NCBI GenBank assembly: GCA_951406725.2
Contig: OX597820.1
Span: 126,170,001 to 126,234,000, forward strand
DNA from: Octopus vulgaris
Lineage: Eukaryota
Direction: 5' to 3'
Length of the DNA stretch: 64,000 nucleotides
The notes beneath the pieces are model-generated. The model worked only from the letters and a program-made list of their open reading frames with translations, was not told the DNA's origin and ran no database searches. The translations under genes and the position numbers were made by a program. Positions within the stretch are counted from its first letter, which is position 1. Each line of letters opens with the position of its first letter. Shown one piece after another: positions 57,405 through 64,000 of the stretch.

Positions 57405-58170
57405 CGGTGAGTTAGCAGGAACGTTAGTATGTCTAAAAAATAGATGCCATGTGCTATTTGTTCAGCTTCCTTTTTGCATTGTGAGTTCAAATCCCGCCAA
57501 AGTCAGCTTAGCTTTTCATCTTTCCAAGGTCGATAAAATAAGGTACTTCTCAAGTACTGATGTCAATTAATGGAAATTACTGGCCTTATGTTAGAAACCA
57601 TTATTCATACTTATGAAAAAGCAGAACCATAAACGGCCGATTAGCACAGTCATTAGAGTGTCGAATAGATTGATAGGTGGTAATCGTCTCGACTTTGAGA
57701 TCGAATCTTACTGAGATCGATTTTGTTTTTCTCGAAAGTTAGCATGCCGGGCGAAATGCCTAGCGGTATTTCTTCTGTCTTTGCTTTCTGAGTTCAAATT
57801 CCGCCGAGGTCGACTTTGCCTTTCATCCTTTCGGGGTCAATAAACTAAGTACCAGTTGCGTACTGGAGTCGATCTAATCGACTGGCTCCCTCCCTCATAA
57901 TTTTGACCCTCGTGCATAGAGTAGAAAAGAATATTGGTACTTCTCCATGGTGGCGTGCTGGCAGAAACATTAGCACGCCGGGCGAAATGCTTAGCGGTAT
58001 TTCCTTTGTCTTTGCGCTCTGAGTTCAAATTCCACCAAGGTCGACTTTGCCTTTCGTCCTTTCGGGATCGATAAATTAAGTACCAGTTGCGTACTGTTGT
58101 CGATCTAATCGACTGACCCCCAACTCCACAAAAGTTTTGGGCCTTGTACCTAGAGTAGAAAAGAACATTG
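57405..58170 (+). mobile_element. Tandem cluster of CORE-type SINEs (three copies: ~57405, ~57735, ~57948)
   Basis: Repeated CGGGCGAAATGCTTAGCGGTATT...GAGTTCAAATTCC...GTCGACTTTGCCTTTC...GTACCAG. Confidence 0.85.
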
Positions 58171-58819
58171 GTTCTTCTCTTTGTTGTCTGTCTCACATCC
58201 TTCGTAGAGGAAATTAACCGTTGTCAGTGTTGTCAGTTCTGAAGAAGTTCAGGCTCCGATAGGTCTAAAAACTTGCCACGGCATACTGTTTATGACGGCA
58301 AGGCCCCTACAATTATATTAAAGTGTTGGTGCTTCACGACAGTTCCTCTAGTGATTCTTCAAAGGTATCTCTCACATAATTTTCAAAACGCTCAAAAAGC
58401 TTCAGTGTAAATTTTCTAAAGCGTTAAATTTGACTTTACAAAAATCCTTAGCACATTTAGACACATCTGCGACACATCAGTTTGGAGCATCATACCTTTT
58501 GGGGAATTCTTGCATTATATGTGTTAAACACTTTAGAACGAGATTAATATTCCACATATCGACGCGGCGTCAATTCTCTGCTTAGTTTTTTTTTTACTTC
58601 ATTTAAGCATCTAGCTCTTTTGGGAAAATGACGAACCTCACAAAAACATGACGTCTATGTTGGCAAAACTTATAGAGGAGCTGAACCGAAAACCCATTTA
58701 TTGAGATGCAAACTTCACCACACAACCATACCTGTGCCTATTTCAAATGTAAAATATAATTACGAGGCCATCAACTTTAAGGTAATATATTACTATCTTT
58801 ATCGCTATCTCTTAATTGT

Positions 58820-59180
58820 CCCAGTCATAGACTGCGGCCATATTAGAGCACCTCCTTCAAGAATTTTTAGTGGAACGAATCGATCCAAGTACTTTGGACT
58901 TATTTTATCGGTCTCTTTTGCCAAACCGCTATGTTACGGAGGCGTAAACACACCAACACTGGTTGCTAATTAGATACATACACACACCATATATATATAT
59001 ATATATATATTTATACACACACACGACAGGCTTCTTTCAATTTCTGTCTACCAAATCCACTCACAAGGCTTTGGCCGGCCCGAGGCTATAGTAGAAGACA
59101 CTTGCTCAAGATGTGACGCTCTGGGATTGAACCATAAATCATGGCATTGGGAAGCAAACTTATTAACACATCGCCACGCT
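58820..59180 (-). mobile_element. tRNA-derived SINE
   Basis: Reverse complement of the 4729-5120 family. Confidence 0.75.
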
Positions 59181-59439
59181 TTCTCGTATAAATATACACA
59201 AATGATTAACAACTACAAAAAAGAAAGGTTGAGTTTCAAGATATTTAAGAAATTCAAATATATTCCAAAACACATTCTATTTATAATAGTAAAATGCAAT
59301 ACCCTCTTGATGTGGTTGGAAAGAAAGTTCTATCGCATTTTTGATATGACCACTTTGAGGAGCATTTTTCAGTACTTACGCTAAAATGAGTATTCATTTT
59401 TTGTAGATTACTTTATACCACCATGATTAAATTAGTATT

Positions 59440-60230
59440 GATTCTACCCGTTTAGATCTGACCCATATCAAGCAATGAATGCTGTATGAATTTCAGATTG
59501 GCTCTTCAAGAAATGAAGTGAGAAGAAATATTTGTTCCATCTATAGAAATGATAGTTTAACTGTCCGGACTTGCCAACAATGTTTAGGCAAGTTTCGCTT
59601 GGGAAACTTTCTCTTGCAGATTTCTCGCGATCTAGACGAAGCTATAGTTGAGGAAAACCTCCAGCAAACTACGAGAATATTAGTAAAACATTTCAATTCA
59701 ATCTGCACTTCAACCTTAGAAAAATCTTCATAAACTAAGAAACGTATGTAACCAATTGCTTCCTTATTATTTGACTGCTTCTCAGGTTAATGAAAGAAGG
59801 CAACACTTTCATTGAAAGGTAGACTTGCTAACAAATATTTCCTGCGTAGAATCACCTCAAGTGATGAAAGTTATCTATAATCATATTCAATGAATATTAC
59901 AACGGTTATCACGCTATGAAAACAGTCGAAAAAATATTTATGTTCTTCGTCTGATGTGATATGAAGAGTGTTGTATATCATGAAGTGTTAAAGCAAAGTG
60001 AAAGTTAATACAAAGTATCGCTGTCAAGTATTGCATAACATTTGCGACAACATATTGACCTGGCCACTCAGGAAAAGTTTATGGCACAAATATGGATAGT
60101 TTGACTCATCCTCCCCACTCCCCAGATCTTGCTCCGACTATCATCTTTTCAGATTAATTCACTATTAATTAGAACGAAAGGAGTTTATTGTGAAAAGATT
60201 TTTAAAAATGACTTATAGTGTTCCTTTCCA
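59440..60230 (+). mobile_element. Degenerate mariner (Mos1/Hsmar-like) transposase
   Basis: MLYEFQIGSSRNEVRRNICSIY...VRTCQQCLGKFRLGNF (HTH), RITSSDE, HPPHSPDLAP at ~60107-60137. Confidence 0.82.
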
Positions 60231-60249
60231 AAATATACATATATTCATA

Positions 60250-60318
<69 letters not shown>

Positions 60319-60689
60319 ATATGTACATACAAATGCATATATACATACACATCCATATATACACTCATACATATATAACTTACATAGACATACATACACG
60401 CACTTATGCAGACATACACGTAATCACATATACATGACGTGTATGAGCAGAATGAAATAAGTGGGGGTAAGAGCACACACGAAGATGAACAAGGTAGCTG
60501 AAGAGGTCACGGATGCGTGATGAAAGATTTCCAGACAACGGACATAAGTAAGAATAAGAACAGTAATAAACGAGGCGAAGAACAAATATATAGTGCGCCA
60601 GTTTATTTTGCAAGAAAAAATGACCATCTCGAAACAGTTGCACTTTATTCAACATATATAGGATATATATATATATATAGGGAGAGTTT

Positions 60690-60876
60690 ACGAAAAAAAA
60701 ACAAAAGACGAAGACAGGTGGTGTACAAAACAAACAGATGTATTAGTATAACACTCAGGAATAGAAAAAGTATTTTACGTTTCGAGCCTACGCTCTTCTA
60801 CAGAAAAGGACACGGAAAAAAACAAGGAGAGAAACAAGGAGAGAAAAAGATGTGTGTAGTGGCTAACGCTCTATTA

Positions 60877-60880
<4 letters not shown>
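60690..60880 (-). mobile_element. Short pLTR-like repeat with hammerhead-like motif
   Basis: Reverse-complement homolog of 48235-48390, between (TA)n runs. Confidence 0.6.
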
Positions 60881-60910
<30 letters not shown>

Positions 60911-62556
60911 TTTCTTCACAGAAACCAGAATTTGAAAGGCAAAAGAAAATCAAATTACAAATTAAGACGAGTTTTGAAGTGGGGAATAGGTCACACTCTT
61001 TATTTAGTTCGAAGGTAATACATATATAGAGACGTTCCTTCTCTCTCCCTCTCAGTGACAGCTTGATAAACAACAATATTTAACAAGAAATGAGAACAGC
61101 ATTTAACATACACACAATAAATAGGTTTTCTTTTCTAAATGCTTCTTATATATTTCAGTGTTCTTTGATGATTTGCTGTTTATTATTGTTGTTATTGATA
61201 TAAACATGGGTTCTATTCTGTGAACCGAAATGGTCAGCTTCCGTCAAAGAGAGTAAAAGAAAATTAAGGAACTCTTAAGTAATTGTGTTCTTTCGTTTTA
61301 TTATGAATATTAAATTCCACTTAATATTTTATTATGCCATAAACTAGAAACTGATCTGTTATAATCGACGACAACAAACATGGTGAAAAAAAATACGTTG
61401 AGCGACATATTTCAACAAATGCGATGGTACGAAGTTTCTTAAACGGCATCAAAATTTCTGCTGAAAATAGCGACTAGATGTTGAAAACAGAGAAAAAGAA
61501 GTCAAGGTCACCTGACAAACATATCTATATATGCGTGATGCTATTCAATTACACGATTAATTTTTTCATTATTTTCCGGTAAAATTGAATCCATTTTTAT
61601 TCTGCTAAAGCAATCAAATGGAAGTTTTCCTCATAGTTGATCTTAATATTTGATGAACCAATACCCGTCAGTTTTTCATGATGGTGGTCAATTATTTTTC
61701 TCTGTTTAATTTTTCTCTCTATTTCTTCAGAGTGTCCTATAAGTCGCTGGTCAGCAGAATTAAGGTTTATAGAGGGGGCAAGGAAGACAGAGATCAGAGA
61801 GTTGGTCAGTTTGTTCTGAGGTCAAGATCTGTAGCTTACTGTCCAGCCAGGTATTAATTTGGACACCAGTTGTTTCGAATTGGTAAGAATACTGGTCTTG
61901 ACAAGAAAAAGCAGGTCACACTCAAACGTTAAAGATTTCTGGAATAAAGCGAAAAATAGAATATTTACCACCTTTAATACAAAAAAAAAATTCAAATACA
62001 AGGAGAAAAGGATTCAGTATTAACTAGGCCAACGGAATTTAAGTTGATTTTGTTACGAATATTATCCATTTTCGTTGAAGAATTATAGACAAACCACTTG
62101 TCATTGTAGTTGTATCTAATAACAAGAAATTACAAGGAAATTGATCGAATTCAAATGAAGTGAGCATATCTTTTGATTTTTTAAAAATCTTTTCGAAATT
62201 TATTTCCATTTTACGAATAATTATTTCCTATTATAGATTAATATTATAAATAAAGCAATTTAGACTTCAGCTCCGAATATCAAATTGAATGGAACCGACC
62301 GATGTTTCTGAGTGATGGGTCTGAGATCTAACAAATAATTCTGAGAAAACCCTTCCTACTTAAGTTAGAAATTCACCCGGCGGTTTATTACTACACGTTA
62401 TGAGTTTAAGGTGGAATGGACTGTTTTCACAGCAGACGTTGCATGTAATTCAAACTGGAAGTACAGCAAAATTTGATAATGAATATTATCGAGCCGTTTG
62501 AGAACTAAGAACTAGATTAAGGTGACTTGAACTTAATATTTTTTAGTTAATTCATG

Positions 62557-62943
62557 GATGGAAGCACTCCGTCGGTTACGACGATGAGGGTTCCGGTTGA
62601 TCCGAATCAACGGAACAGCCTGCTCGTGAAATTAACGTGTAAGTGGCTGAGCACTCCACAGACACGTGTACCCTTAACGTAGTTCTCGGGGATATTCAGC
62701 GTGACACAGAGAGTGACAAGGCCGGCCCTTTGAAATACAGGTACAACAGAAACAGGAAGTAAGAGTGAGAGAAAGTTGTGGTGAAAGAGTACAGCAGGGA
62801 TCTCCACCATCCCCTGCTGGAGCCTCGTGGAGCTTTTAGGTGTTTTCGCTCAATAAACACTCACAACGCCCGGTCTTGGAATCGAAACCGCGATCCTATG
62901 ACCGCGAGTCCGCTGCCCTAACCACTGGGCCATTGCGCCTCCA
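62557..62943 (-). mobile_element. Well-preserved tRNA(Arg)-derived SINE
   Basis: Head GGCGCAATGGCCCAGTGGTTAGGGCAGCGGACTCGCGGTCATAGGATCGCGGTTTCGATTCC with A/B boxes and TCG in the anticodon position; tail shared with 27957-28270. Confidence 0.85.
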
Positions 62944-63426
62944 CAGTTAATTCATACGACCTTATACAATCATCCCATGGTATTTTCCTCGTGAACAAAA
63001 CACATGTGACTATGGTATATAAATGCCGATTTGCTTCGATCAGTAGGCCATCATGCCAAGCCATCGGCCCTACTGGTTACCCACGTACACCAAAGTAGAG
63101 TCCACAAATAAATATGTATAAAGCTCTGAATACACAACTGGAAGAGCATTAAATCAAAGTCGCCATTTGTGTATAAACAAAATCTATATACACCGTTAGG
63201 AAGCATGATGCTTTGCAATTGTCTGAGGTAAAATATCTTCTGAGGCTTGTGTTTAAAAACATGATATAAACACTATCGTTGCTCCAGACACGTTTCACCT
63301 TTCTCGAGTCTAGTCAATGCCGTTGCACCCCGTTGTCACCTGCGTGAACGAAATATTCGTGCTTCTTGATAAACAGAATTAAACATTAGCACAATTGAAA
63401 CAGTATTAAATTAAAACCGGCATCTG

Positions 63427-63432
63427 TTTATT
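63427..63432 (-). promoter_or_regulatory. Candidate polyadenylation signal of the troponin T 3' UTR
   Basis: AATAAA on the minus strand ~290 nt after the stop codon; position only. Confidence 0.35.
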
Positions 63433-63720
63433 GCACTAAATGCGTATTCACAGTTAGAAGACTTGACACCGTTGAATTCTTGAATTATCTGAGATGAAAT
63501 CTCTTTCTGATGAAGAAATTTAATTCAGACAATTCCACAGCGACTTGTGAATACATTTTGTATGAGATACACACGGCAATAGAAATATTTAAAATGCACA
63601 TGTAACAACGCTAAGATATCTTCACTGAAATTTACTTACCTTTGAACTAACTATATGTTTTTAATACATTTTTTAAATCATTTTTATATTGTTGCTTTGA
63701 AAGTTGTTTAATTAGTTCAT

Positions 63721-63948
63721 TTAAGCTTCAACTTCTTCCTCCTGAGGAGCTTCTTCACCTTCACCGCCTTCACCGCCTTCGCCTTCTCCAACGTTAGTGC
63801 GTACAGTTCTTTGGTGTTCTTTGATAATTCTGTCTTTCTCTATCAGTTCTTCTAATTCTTTACTAACTTTTTCGTACAAATCTTTTCGTTCACCATAACT
63901 TCTATGGTCTGTGAGACGTTCATATTTGCTATGGAGTAAGATTTTGGG
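63721..63948 (-). CDS. TnT: Terminal coding exon of invertebrate troponin T
   Basis: Acceptor TTCTTTTCTAG then PKILLHSKYERLTDHRSYGERKDLYEKVSKELEELIEKDRIIKEHQRTVRTNVGEGEGGEGGEGEEAPQEEEVEA*. Matches the protostome TnT motif PKI...SKYER..D.RSY..RK.L.E with an acidic tail. Upstream exons lie beyond the window. Confidence 0.85.
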   Translation of the reverse strand, partial: PKILLHSKYERLTDHRSYGERKDLYEKVSKELEELIEKDRIIKEHQRTVRTNVGEGEGGEGGEGEEAPQEEEVEA

Positions 63949-63966
63949 CTAGAAAAGAATTAATTA

Positions 63967-64000
<34 letters not shown>

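Noticed and set aside
58208-58365. Possible host exon after a pyrimidine-rich acceptor
   Set aside because: All three frames from the acceptor hit stops and nothing recognisable is encoded.
62870-62943. tRNA-Arg gene
   Set aside because: The tRNA-like head continues into a SINE body shared with other copies; acceptor stem and terminator not intact.

Overview
AT-rich, microsatellite-saturated eukaryotic DNA, most likely from an octopus or another coleoid cephalopod (inferred from the tRNA-derived SINE families and repeat landscape). Almost all listed ORFs are translations of simple repeats. The only convincing host coding sequence is the last exon of an invertebrate troponin T at the right edge (minus strand, missed by the ORF track). 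The rest is transposable elements: Tx1-group and R4/Dong LINEs, Penelope-like, CR1, Gypsy, Tc1/mariner and Helitron fragments, a MITE with an 8-bp TSD, and many SINEs. The standout is an apparently intact 5.9-kb Tx1-group LINE (ORF1 with a CCHC knuckle; ORF2 APE-RT-zinc finger) inside a (GATA)n tract. Two 5'-truncated copies of a sister family lie in the same tract and orientation, and all three end in a shared small hairpin + AATAAA running straight into (TATC)n. This suggests a (GATA)n-specific retrotransposon system. Also notable are (TAA)n-embedded elements and several hammerhead-ribozyme-like motifs with non-canonical cores, two of them within long palindromes. Coordinates of degenerate elements are approximate and all homology calls are by eye.
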